DNA from: Podarcis vaucheri
Lineage: Eukaryota
DNA: 64,000 nt
Assembly (NCBI GenBank): GCA_965113315.1
Contig: OZ220377.1
Reading direction: 5' to 3' (one strand)
Below are positions 40,041 through 51,645 of the stretch, in pieces. How positions within the stretch are numbered: position 1 is the stretch's first letter; each line of letters starts with the position of its first letter. The notes beneath the pieces were generated by a model, which saw only the letters and a list, made by a program, of their open reading frames with translations, was not told the origin of the DNA and did no database searches. The position numbers were made by a program, and so were the translations under genes.

Positions 40041-41792
40041 CTACAAGTGGAGGAAAGATCCGAAGGGGGAGAGAGAGGAGAGAAGGAAGGAAGGAAGAGG
40101 AGACATACACAACAGTCAGTGAGAGCAGATTCCCTGTAGGTCTCCAGGCCCTAGCAGAAAACTAACAGCCTTAAGTGTCCTTTCATGCCTCGCTCCTTTG
40201 TTCTGGGAGTTTATATGAACCACTTCTCCACGGTGAGATCTTGTAAGGAGGCTTACATGACATATGCAGAGTGCCATACCTTGAAAGAACAGGATGCAAA
40301 TGGCCAAGCACATATGGTAAGAAACAGTGACACAGTGCAGATCTAGGCTCACTCTTAGGAAACCAGAAAATACTGATAGCTTTCAGCAGGGCAATATTAT
40401 ATCCCTTATTCACCACAAACACGCTACAGCAAAAGTATTACTTTCCTCCCGTTCTGAAACTGCCCACGATTCTCCCACAATGATGCAGACTAAAACCACC
40501 AAGTACCTCTGTAACCAGAACATATAGGAGATCTGGAGAGATGCTAGAATTTGCAAGGCACCCAAGCGACCCAGTTAGAGCAAGCGCTATGAATAATGCA
40601 GAACCCAAGTGGCGGAGATGGTGTCGGTGGCCTTGCCAAGGTCATCTCTTGGGAGCAGAAGCATTTGGAAACTTGTGCCCTCATGGGGCCTGGAGAATCC
40701 ACTCCACTCACGCTTGCTGTGCCTTGACATAACCCCCAATCATCTCCCACTTGGATCCTAGACTCCCATTAACAGAACTGAGTGGGAAGTTGGGAAGTGG
40801 GCACCCATAAGGGTGGAGGTGGGAAGCCCTTCTAAATTCTAGCCTCTAGAAAGTTTGAATAGGTGCAGAACCCATATGTATGACTGGGCAAGGAGAGCTG
40901 CATAGGAAGACTAGCAGACCTGGAGAATCTCAAGCAACAAAGACCCCACCCACATTTTGTGGACAAGTTGGTCCCATTTGACAAAAGTGCCACTTGTGGA
41001 TCTGAGCGACAGGGATTCAATGTCCACCTTAGCCAAGGGCTTAGAAAATATGGCTTGCCAAGCATGTTAATGGTCTACGGAAAGAGACGCTTGACTCCCT
41101 TTTCTAAAGCACGTAAATGCTTTAGAATTGAATGCTTCAATCAAACTTCCATCTTCACACAACTCTTTCCTAGATCTCCTGTGTTTCCCCAGCTTGCAAC
41201 AAAACTGATCCAAGAAAGCTCATGGACCCAGGCTCTGTGTAATTGGTCCCATAAATGCCTCTCTTTCAAGGTATAATTATACTGCTGACATCCTTCTCTC
41301 TTGTTCATTTTAAATTTCATCTACTGACATAATCTTGCCTTTGATCTGGTACCTCTCCCCCACAGGCCTAGTACAAATGCAAACTTGCCACTTTTACTCA
41401 AGGTGGCTCAGGACAATTCCCCTGCCTGAACTAATGTTAATCTTTAGCTCATGTTTCTCAAACGTGTGCATGACAGAAGATGATATGCATGCAAATGAGC
41501 AAATGGGAAGGTATCAGTTAGTTGTTCTTGAACATTTGAGTTTACCTGGGCTGATTCTTTGCTTTGTGAGCACTCCTGATTCTTAGGCATGCAGGGACTA
41601 CTTGTACGTCCATGTTTATACTGCGTATGTGTTGAGGGGATTCTTTCAAGGAACATAAAACAAGCTTCTAAGTGGTTTGACTTTAAAGTAAATCTGCTAT
41701 GTTTGGGTCATATCCAATGGTAGATCTGCCATAGTGGAAAGTACTTACATCAGGGCACCTGGTTTTTGCTTATCACTGCCCCACTCGCATGC

Positions 41793-41796
<4 letters not shown>

Positions 41797-41837
<41 letters not shown>
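41797..41837. repeat. (CA)n microsatellite; reads (UG)n in CAMK2B pre-mRNA
   Basis: Direct inspection. Confidence 0.95.
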
Positions 41838-41838
<1 letters not shown>

Positions 41839-44800
41839 CCCTAGTGCAGCCCTCTTCACCATACCCCATTCTTTTTTGAATAGTAAATCAATTCTCACAA
41901 GCAGCTGATATGTGCTTATAAGAGGTATCATCAAAAATCTGGTGTCCCAACTTGCAGGAGTACTTTCTGCAAAGGCAAAGGCATCACTGAATATAACACT
42001 ATAATGTGAAATGAGAGCAGGCCCTTTTCCACAACTTACTATATAGGTTTCCATAGGACAAATAAAGTTGCTTTTTTAGGGGGGGGGGGTTAAACCTGGG
42101 GAAAGCTGCAAAGGGGGAAATGTAACCCTTTCCTTTCCCCAGCATTGGAGTCCCATTCTGAATCGCTTCCCCCAGCTGCACTTACCTTTTTAAAAGAAAA
42201 GAAAAAGTAGTGAATCATGTAGCAGACGTCCCATAATATATTCTAGGCACAACCCCAGTGGAGTAATTATACAGACTTTTGGGTTAATCTATTAATTGCA
42301 ACTGCAAAATTGCCCCCACTATGTTCAAAGCATAATAGACTGCCCCTCTCACTAATGAACTTCCTTAAAATGTGGCCACATTTTAGACATTAAAAAATAA
42401 AGATTACCCAGGATTTTAACTGATCTTATATCTACTGCTTTTTGTATTTTTACTGTTGCTTTTGCTTCTGATGCCTTTGATCTGTTTTATATTTGTTTTA
42501 TGGTTCTCTTTTGCAGGCTATCTTGAAAATCTAGATTAACAAAATTATGTTTAAAAAACCCCTAATGAACTTCCTTCTGTTTGTTTGCATCCCTCTGTAT
42601 CCCATAAAAATGTGAATGTATGAAACAGTGCTTTCCCCCTCCAAAATAAAACCACATCCTATCCTGCCCACTTCTGCACCTATAATCACCAATGTATGGA
42701 TTAGAATGATCCATCCCCACAGAAAAATGAATTGAGGTTGCAATTCTGTGCACATTTATCTGGGAGGAAGCTATATTCAACACAAGAGGGACTTACTTCC
42801 AGGTAAACATGCACAGGATGGCTCTGGGAAAGAGCGGGGGAGAACTCTTTAAAGCAGTTTAAAGCAAAACATGTAAATGGATAATTCATTCACATGAAGT
42901 GATCGTAAATATTTTGTTGAAACTATTTTGCTGGATGAAGAGGAGCAGAAATGCTGCTCCCCTACCTCTCATCAAGTCGGAGAGTCCTCAAGGCCAGCAG
43001 AACATCTCACAAGCACCACTGCCTGGCAGTAAAAATGCCCTTTCATGACACCCCAAATCAGCTGCCTAATAGTAAGACTAGCCTAGGTTGAAAATATGCA
43101 CTAAGCCTTAAAGAAACCAGCAAGCAACGAAAGACGGTACTATCCTGATCCTATCCAGCTACACATTTCTCCTTGAAAATAAACCTAGTCTCGGGGGGGA
43201 GGGGGAGGTGCCTTTAACTTTCCAGCAAATCCAGTTCTTACCTGTGAGCTTGCCAGTCATGCCTGCTTCTGCTTTGAAATGAGTGTTCTCCCTATGCCCT
43301 GTCCTAGCACTAGTTGTGTGGCATCTCAGCTCATGTTTGCTGGTGTCTCCCTCCAGCTGATAATGTGCCAAGCTGTTATTCAGCCCTGTAAACCAACACC
43401 GCTGCCCGGGACTCCCAGGTTTTCAGCAGGGGAAAGAAAGTTCAGGCCGGAGGGAGATGGCCTGAGACCTTGTGACTCACAATCCCGTGGAGAAAACAAA
43501 CCACTTTTCCTGCATCTCCCCTGCAGTTGCTACTAGGTGCAGCAAAAAAGCTGTGCACTTTCAGCGCTCGATGCAACAGCAGCAAGAACAAAACATCCTC
43601 TGTAGGTGTGCTACTTTGGATAAGACTTGATCAGCCAGAACCTATTTTTGGTAATGCAGTTTGTACACTTTTTAATGAATATAATTTTATTGCTGATTTA
43701 TGTTGTTCACTGCTATTATAGGCGGCTGGGCCAGCCGCGGGAACAGAACATTTCATGGGTGCCTTAGCATGGGTGGGCGGGGGCTGGAGGAGGCAGCGGC
43801 TTTGCTCGCCCAGCCTCAATAGGAAGAGGCAGAAGTCGCACATGGTGATGCTAATTGTCTGCGTGGCCGGCAACTGCCTTCTTCCTCCCCGCCAACTTTC
43901 TGACATCTTAGTATGCCACCGTATCGTGTAGTTTATGCCGTATTATACCATAATATTAGCTGGCGGTATATTACGATGTTGGAAAGCAGATATCACCTAG
44001 CCCGAAACGAAAGTTCTGAGAAAACATGCATTATGGGAGCCATTCATGTGTTCCGTTATAACCAATGAATTCCACCCTTGAAAACGTAATTCATTTGCCA
44101 TAATCCAGCCCAGGTGGAGAAGGGGGTAACGTGTGACCCTGAGGCTTGCTACAGCTCATCTTCCTAATGTTAAGCCATGCTTTAGCACTACGTGCTAACA
44201 CAGCCAGAGATCACACCTAAGATCAGAATATCAGACCATACAATTCCCAAAGTATGGCTTTCATTTGGCTTTTCCCAATCGGCACGTGGCTTTACTAGTG
44301 GTCTTAAACTAAGACCTCACACTACCCGGTTTGATTCCCATATTTACCAGGACTGTGACTGTGACTGAACCCGTGACTATCCCCTTGAGGCAGAAGACAA
44401 ACTGGCTTTAGGGAGGAAGTAGGACGTGCACCATAGTGCACCCTCCGGCCTGAACCTTTCTTCAAACAACATGCCTCCAACTGGATAGAAAGGAGAACAA
44501 CTGCAGTGTTTGGACCTCTGGGAGAAAAGATGGAGGGAAAATGCCCAGTCCCATGCCCATTATTTGTTTAAACACACAGCAAGAGCATCGTAAATCAGTA
44601 TCTGCAATGTCCCAGGCTTTAAACACAATGCTTCTCCCACAATGCAACCTTGATTTTCAGCTTGTGCCATGCATTTAATGCACTTTCTCTGTTAGCCTGC
44701 ATTCACACAAGCATAGCTATTTGCTCACTGAAGTGAAGTGTTTTCATGTGAAGCCATGCAGCAATACCCATTAGGCTATTCATTTCACACCTACAGTGTA

Positions 44801-44883
44801 ATAAAGAGAACAGAATCTTCCCTGGGGTCTGAACAGAACAAAGTGGGGCTCAGAGCTGCAGGCCACGAAACCATGCTACTTAC

Positions 44884-45012
44884 GATCTGAAGGCAGAGGA
44901 TTTGGGATGAGTGGAATTGGGAAAAGCTGGGTGACAGCTGGCTGTGGCCCCTCAGCTTCTGGGGCTCCAGAGCCCCGTTTCACCATGCTTAGAATATCAG
45001 ACAACTTGGCAG
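44884..45012 (-). CDS. CAMK2B: CAMK2B proline-rich repeat exon 5 (hub-proximal): AKLSDILSMVKRGSGAPEAEGPQPAVTQLFPIPLIPNPLPSD
   Basis: 129 nt, phase 1-1, caccag / gtaagtag; resembles mammalian betaM repeat ([20 protein letters not shown]). Confidence 0.92.
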
Positions 45013-45569
45013 CTGGTGTGAGACAGATGAAAGAAGGCACGGAGAGAATAATAATAAAACACAAATGAATGGGAGAGTGGAGAGGGACTAGAAAAACAAG
45101 GGAAAGAAAGGGATCAGATAAAGGAGGGCAGCTAAGAAAGAATTCAAAGTGAACAGTGTCTCCTATTCTATTCTATTCTATTCTAGTCTAGTCTAACCAA
45201 CGAAGAAGGCAATAGCACTTTCTAAAGAGTAGCTCAATGCTCACATTATAGGAAGCCATTATTCTGTGGTTTACTGTGAACACAGCTATCTGTTTTGCTC
45301 CTCTCCATGCAACCATAATCCCTGGCTTAGAATTATGTCTGAATTAGGGATCATTATTTGTTTTGCTGAAACCAACCATGATTGGTAAGGTGAGAACCTT
45401 ATTGTGTATCACACTTTATTTGCATAGAACAAACCGAATCTGCAAGCTCTTTGTACAGAGCTTGCTACAAGATTTTTGTAAGGTGGTCTGAGCTTGTGCA
45501 TAGCCTCCACATGGTTAGGGAGAGCCACAAGCATTCAGTAAAAGCAGGTAAAGTCAGTTCTTCCAAGTT

Positions 45570-45900
45570 TATGGATCTGCTAAGCCTGGAGAAGAAAAGG
45601 CTGAGAGGACAGGATAGCACTCTTCAAATACTTGGAAGGGCTGTCGCACAGAAAAGGGGCAAATACTTATTCTCTGCTGCCCCAGAAGGCAAGACTAGAC
45701 CTAAGGGGTTTAAGTTGAAGAACAGATTTCAACTGGACATTAGGAGAAACTTCTCAACAGGTGAGAGCAGTTCAACAATGGAATAAATTAACTAGAGGGA
45801 TAGTGAATTCTCCTGTGATAGGCATCTTCAAACAGACCAGCATCCGTTGAAGATGCTCTAGCTTTTGGTTGCCTTTAATAAGCAGCAGGCTGCTCTAGAT
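45570..45900 (+). mobile_element. CR1 LINE 3' fragment
   Basis: Translates to SLEKKRLRG...LFS...RFQLDIRRNF, the CR1 ORF2 terminus. Confidence 0.8.
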
Positions 45901-46268
45901 CAGGAATGGAGAACACGTGGTACTCCAAATGTTGGATTTGAGTTCCCATCAGCCCCAGTCAGCACAGCAAATGGTCAGGGGTTATGGAACTTGTAGTCCA
46001 GTAGTATTTGGGGAGCGGGTGCATAGGCTCCCCTTTCCTGCTCCAGATGACCAACTAATCCTCATTCAACTCTATGGTTCTATGAATAAAAAAAGCTATG
46101 CAAAAGCCCCCAAGACGTATTGTGCCACATGAGCTGTAGAGCTTGCACATTAGAGTCAAAGGGAGGCAAAGCAGTGCCAGCTGCCACACTAGGCTGCTGG
46201 AACATCCCTGAAGGCAAGGCCTGCACCAGTCCAGGGACAAGAAATCCCAGTGACACCACACTACTTAC

Positions 46269-46397
46269 ACTGGGGAGGAAGAGGGTTGGCAGCACCTGAA
46301 GGTGGGCATGGAAGGGTGATGGAGGACTTGGGCTCTTCGCCTTCAGGAAGCCCAGAGCCCTTTTTCACCATGCCTAATACATCACAGAGTTTTGCAG
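46269..46397 (-). CDS. CAMK2B: CAMK2B proline-rich repeat exon 4: AKLCDVLGMVKKGSGLPEGEEPKSSITLPCPPSGAANPLPPQ
   Basis: 129 nt, phase 1-1, ccccag / gtaagtag, no stops. Confidence 0.9.
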
Positions 46398-47579
46398 CTG
46401 GGGTGGAAGAGATGAGAGGAGGGAGAGGTGAGAAAAAAACACACAAAAGGCAACAAGCAGAAAGAAATGAAAGCAAGGAGGAAAGGACTAGAAAACAGGC
46501 AAAGAGAATTGGGTCAAGGAGGAGAACTTGACAGGATTGGAGTCCCATCGTTCCATAACCTAGTAACAATGCAAGCAATATTCTTCCTAGAATTATTTTC
46601 AGTGCAAATAGTCCCTCAACTTTTAAAACTGAGCAAATAGGTGAGAAATAACTCAGGATTAGTCTCAACAACTTGCCCATTACAAGGTAAAACTAGTCCT
46701 GAATTAGACTGCTCCAGACTACAAATGAGATGGAGGGGAAGAGGGGACTTGCCTAAAGTATAAACATACAAACAGGCTGGAGTGGTAGAGCTTTTGAGAT
46801 CAGACCTTATAATAATTTATAATAAGACTGTTTTCCCCCTTGGAGGTAGAACTCCTTGGAGGTAGAACTCAGCAGCCACCACTTGGGTGTTTTTAATGTG
46901 GCTGGAATGTGTCCCTGAACTCTGATGATGCTTCTTGCTTGCCTGGATGGAGGATAGAGAGGGGTGTGCATGTAGAAACTAATGGAGAAGGGCAAAATTC
47001 GCACTCGTTGCTCTGCCCACTTTTGCCTCTGGCCCCACTCACCATTGGCATGTGGTTCCTGGAAGGGAATGAAGGAGCGTGGACTGATCTAATACATTTA
47101 AGGATATTTCCACTTGAGGTATGGAGTGGGTATATCACTCTGGGGTTCTCTGCTGCCTGCACATATGAGCATAATTTATTCAGGGCAACAATCGAAACTC
47201 AACTAGCTCTGAAGCAACCATTCTTAGGGTGGATCTACACACAGGAAAAAACGCTCCAAATAAGTAGGAAATTAAATCGTTATAACAAAATAAAAAAAAC
47301 TCTATGGAAAAACACCTGTAAAAATTTCCTGCTCTCTGCTGCCATCTGCTGTTGTATGCTTATAGTGCATTCAAATCGTTGTTTCTTTACTAATGTAGCT
47401 GAGTCCTTATTCACTGATGGTGCAGCTAAGCCCTGTACTGTACCACCCAGCGAAACTGCCCCTGTTCAAAGTGCAAGGCCTTTCTTTTCAAGGAAAAACA
47501 AAAAGAGGGGAAAACCCATAAGGATTCTACACGGTGCTTGCAGTACTCCAGCTACATGCAGGCAATGCCTGCTACTTAC

Positions 47580-47708
47580 ACTGGAAAGGAAGAGGATTTG
47601 CAGCCCCTGGAGATGGGCTAGGCAGAGGGATGGAAGGCTTTGACTCTTCAGCCCCTGGAGGCCCAGACCCCTTTTTCACCATGCCTAATACATCAGACAG
47701 TTTGGCAG
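47580..47708 (-). CDS. CAMK2B: CAMK2B proline-rich repeat exon 3: AKLSDVLGMVKKGSGPPGAEESKPSIPLPSPSPGAANPLPFQ
   Basis: 129 nt, phase 1-1, ccctag / gtaagtag, no stops. Confidence 0.9.
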
Positions 47709-48095
47709 CTAGGGTGGGAGGAGGGAGAGAAATATGAGAAAACTAAACAGAAAAGTAATGGGGTGGGGAATGAATACACAATAAAGAACAAGGAGGAGGG
47801 AGTTTAGAGAAAGGAATCTGCTTGGGGGAGGGACTTTTCACGTAGCTTGCATCAGTGTCTACATTTGTTCAGATGTTCATAAAGTTCCTGAGACACTAAA
47901 GATCCCTTGGTTATTCAGGGGCTGTTGGTTCTTCTTTCTCTGCCATCATGGGGGGAAATGTTGCCTTGGCCAGAACGATGGGACAAGCAGAGTACAGAAT
48001 TATTTGGGATTACCCAGATTATCCCAAGAATGACTTGGGTTAGAAAGCAAAAATGTAAGAGCAAAATAATGTTGCGATTCCTAGTTATGTAAATA

Positions 48096-48336
48096 CAGTG
48101 GTACCTCGGGTTACATACGCTTCAGGTTACATATGCTTCAGGTTACAGACTCCGCTAACCCAGAAATAGTGCTTCAGGTTAAGAACTTTGCTTCAGGTTG
48201 AGAACAGAAATAGGGCTCCGGCAGCATGGCAGCAGCAGGAGGCCCCATTAGCTAAAGTGGTCTTCAGGTTAAGAACAGTTTCAGGTTAAGTACGGACCAC
48301 CAGAACGAATTAAGTACTTAACCCGAGGTACCACTG
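48096..48336. mobile_element. Tc1/mariner (Tigger-like) MITE
   Basis: TIRs cagtggtacctcgggtta / taacccgaggtaccactg flanked by TA. Confidence 0.9.
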
Positions 48337-48416
48337 TATGGAGTTGCTTATTCAGGGTATCAAGCCTGATACAACCATGTCTTAACACTACAGTCCTCTT
48401 TTCTGATTGCATACAC

Positions 48417-48787
48417 CAGGGGTCGGACAACCTAAGGCCCATGGACCCACGAGGCTTGTGTAACCGGCCCATGGCGACCCCCGCCGCCCTTACCGGTGTA
48501 GCGCGGGGACCGACTTCCAGGTTGATGGCACCTGTGCACGGGCGCTCCTCCAACCCAGATGTGTGCAGGAAATAGCATGTGCGCACACATGTGGGACGGA
48601 GAAGTACCTGTGTGCATGCGCACACGCCATTTCCGGTGCACTTCTGGGTCGGAGGAGCACCGGAAATAGCATGTGTGCACGCACACTCCTCTGACCCAAA
48701 AGAGAGCGCATGCGCACACGCTCCGGCCCATCCTCTGACAGACAGAACGTCGATCGGCCCATCCTTTGATAAGGTTGCTGATCTCTG
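48417..48787. mobile_element. hAT-type MITE
   Basis: Ends caggggtcggacaacct / aggttgctgatctctg; 8-bp TSD gcatacac/gcgtacac. Confidence 0.8.
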
Positions 48788-48819
48788 GCGTACACAGCCC
48801 TTTTGCAACCTGGTGCCTT

Positions 48820-49350
48820 TTAGATGGTTTGGACTACTGCAACTAATCCAGAACGCGGCAGCTAGACTGGTGACTGGGAGTGGCCGCTGAGACCACATAA
48901 CACCATTCTTGAAAGACCTACGTTGGCTCCCAGTATGTTTCCAAGCACAATTCAGAGTGTTGGTGCTGACCTTTAAAGCCCTAATCGGCCTCGGTCCAGT
49001 ATTTCTGAAGGACCGTCTCCACCCCCATCGCTCTACCCGGACACTGAGGTCCAGCGCCAAGGGCCTTCTGGCAGTTCGCTTGCCTCGAGAAGCAAAGCTA
49101 CAGGGAACCAGGCAGAGGGCCTTCTCGGTAGTGGCGCCCTCCCTGTGGAACGCCCTCCCACCAGATGTCAAAGAGAAGAACAACTACCAGACCTTTAGAA
49201 GACATCTGAAGGCCACCCTGCTTAGGGAAGCTTTTAATGTTTGATGTATTACAGTATTTTAATATTTTTTGGGAAGCCGCCCAGAGTGGCTGGGGAAGCC
49301 CAGCCAGATGGGCAGGGTATAAATAATAAATTATTATTACTACTACTACA
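48820..49350 (+). mobile_element. L2 LINE 3' end
   Basis: LQLIQNAAARLVTG...LRWLPV...FRVLVLTFKAL...RAFSVVAPSLWNALP; (tta)n/(cta)n tail. Confidence 0.9.
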
Positions 49351-49500
49351 ACAACTCCGGTCAACCCCTTAGGCAGCACAAAACTCAGGACGAGGAAGGG
49401 ACCCTGCAACACTGAGTAGGGCAGCTGCCTTACTTTATGGCTAGAAAGACTCCTCAGCAGCAGTTCTGTTTGGCAGTCCCTGGTGCCGCATGCTACTTAC

Positions 49501-49629
49501 ACTGGAGAGGAACAGGATTTGCAACAACGGAAGGAGGGAAGGGCAAAGTGATGGAAGGGTTTGCTTCTTCTGCTTCTGGTGGCCCAGAGCCCCGTTTCAC
49601 CATGCCTAATACATCAGAAAGCTTTGCAG
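49501..49629 (-). CDS. CAMK2B: CAMK2B proline-rich repeat exon 2: AKLSDVLGMVKRGSGPPEAEEANPSITLPFPPSVVANPVPLQ
   Basis: 129 nt, phase 1-1, tctcag / gtaagtag, no stops. Confidence 0.9.
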
Positions 49630-50308
49630 CTGAGAGAGGAACAGATGGGAGCAGAGAGGGCGAGACAGGGAAAGAAACCCAATTTTAAAATGAAAAGTAC
49701 CAGAAAGCCATGCTAGAGAATGGAATCAAAGTAAGACAGCATGCAAGGAAGGCTTTGGGGTTCCTTCTAGTATTCACAAATTTGGAGCTTCATTTGCCCA
49801 GTGGTCTCCTCAAATATTTTGTGTGGGAGCAAAGACCCATGTTTTTTTTTCAAAAAAAGAGATCCCTAATATGTTTTACTCCCAGCTCACACAAGCCTTC
49901 TCTATGGCCATTCCAACCCTGCTGTGTGAAGATCCAGCGTTAGCAGGAAAGAGTAAAACACAGCAGACCATGGACCATACATTGTCATGTTTCTTCTCTG
50001 TTCCCTCGACACTGAGGCAAGTCCTTTTCAGTGGTGGCCCCCGCATCAATGGGACATCCCAGAGGGAGATATGTAGCCTTATCATTGCCAGGCCATGGTC
50101 TGATGGCACCTGAAGCCCACCACCTTGCTAAAGTGCCTGGATGGGGAAATTCTTGAGGACCCCAGGCATACACTTTGAGTTCCAGGATGAAAGAAAGGAC
50201 AGGATATAAATGGATATATATATAGATATAGATAGATAGATATTTTAAAAAAAGAAATTTGAAAGTATTTTCATTCGAAGTTGTGTTTAACTAATGAAAG
50301 GCTCTACG

Positions 50309-50572
50309 GCAGGGCTGCCATCCGTCCTGATTTTCCAGGACATGTCCTCGAATTCACCTCAAAAAATGGTGTCCTGGATTATTTTTCCGGAAATCAAGCA
50401 AATGTCCTGGAAAACCGGCAATGGGGTTAAATTGTGCCAAAAATATCTTTAAAAGCTCCAAAACTCTTGTAGCTTTTACTATAAAAAGCTCAGCAACTTT
50501 GAGGGTTGTCTGAAAAAGCTCAACAACTGTTCGTGTGTCCTGATTTTTACTTTTGAAATATGGCAATCCTAT
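50309..50572. mobile_element. Non-autonomous DNA transposon remnant
   Basis: Imperfect TIRs agggctgccat / atggcaatcct with internal tgtcct repeats. Confidence 0.6.
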
Positions 50573-50656
50573 TCTATTGAGACCATGAAGGCCCTCTGGG
50601 ATTTTGTGCCAAATTAACCCCCCAGTGCTGCAAACCCAGACCGTCTTGCTACTTAC

Positions 50657-50785
50657 ACTGGGGAGGTAGAGGGTTTGCAACAGCTGGAGATATGCAGGGT
50701 GGAGAGACCAAAGTCTTTGACTCTTCAGCTTCTGGGGCCCCTGATCCCTTTTTCACCATGCCTAATACATCAGTCAGCTTGGGTA
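50657..50785 (-). CDS. CAMK2B: CAMK2B proline-rich repeat exon 1: PKLTDVLGMVKKGSGAPEAEESKTLVSPPCISPAVANPLPPQ
   Basis: 129 nt, phase 1-1, cctcag / gtaagtag, ~150-nt AG-free pyrimidine tract upstream. Confidence 0.9.
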
Positions 50786-51436
50786 CTGAGGCAGGACAGA
50801 AAAGACAGGACAGAAAAGGCAGGGAGGTAGAGAAGGAAGAGAAACCAAGTATAATGGAACAAGAACAGAAGAATGAACAAACCCAGGAACATGGGTTAGG
50901 AAATGGAAACATTAGGTGGAAAAGGTGTCCATCAGATACTATCTAGCACCCCCTCCTCAACAAACACACAAATTGTGTTATTATATTTACATTTATTTAT
51001 AGCTACTAGTGTCATACACTTACTAAATGTTTATCCACACTGTCAGAACAGACAGACCTATGACTTGTTCAGATGTTGTGCGAAACCACTGGTTCCCACT
51101 ATGTGATAATGTCTGCAAGTGCCTCCGCGGAGCTCATGCATACCCCAACCTCTTCTGCATGCTAGAGGAGAATATCAAACCTTTCTACTTTCAATTTTAA
51201 ACTAACCTTAGTCCCCCATGGCATCTGAATTCAGATGAAACTATGGTTTATTTACACTATGAACCACAGTTTCAGATCCTGGCTTGTTCTCAAATAACAG
51301 TTTTTTTAAAAAAACCACACACCATAGTTTCCTGAGCTGCAGCATCACTGGTAGCTACAATTAGTTTTAAATCCAGAACTGATGCTTTCAATCTCCTCCC
51401 TCTGGTGCGTGAAAGACAAGCAGAGGGGAAGTAAGA

Positions 51437-51451
51437 GTGTGTGTGTTTGTG

Positions 51452-51483
<32 letters not shown>
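51437..51483. repeat. Interrupted (GT)n microsatellite; reads (CA)n in CAMK2B pre-mRNA
   Basis: Direct inspection. Confidence 0.9.
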
Positions 51484-51487
<4 letters not shown>

Positions 51488-51645
51488 CCTGAGGCTCATG
51501 CAGGTTTACTTAAAATCACAGCTTAAAATTACATCTGAACTGGACCTATGGGTGGGGCATTTACTGGTCTTGGGGCATTTACTGACAGGTCAACAACAGT
51601 TGAGTGGAAAGTTGGGGAAAGGAGCACAGGGACTTTCTGACTTAC

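Noticed and set aside
42780-42825. Consensus donor GAA|gtaagt on the minus strand
   Set aside because: Part of a short dispersed lizard repeat (catgtttac..gaagtaagtccc) with similar copies at ~5890 and ~53380
46909-47643. 244-aa plus-strand ORF
   Set aside because: Antisense to a CAMK2B intron and exon, no recognisable domain or exon structure
48281-49183. 300-aa minus-strand ORF, the longest in the track
   Set aside because: Runs antisense through the L2 fragment and two MITEs; not a gene
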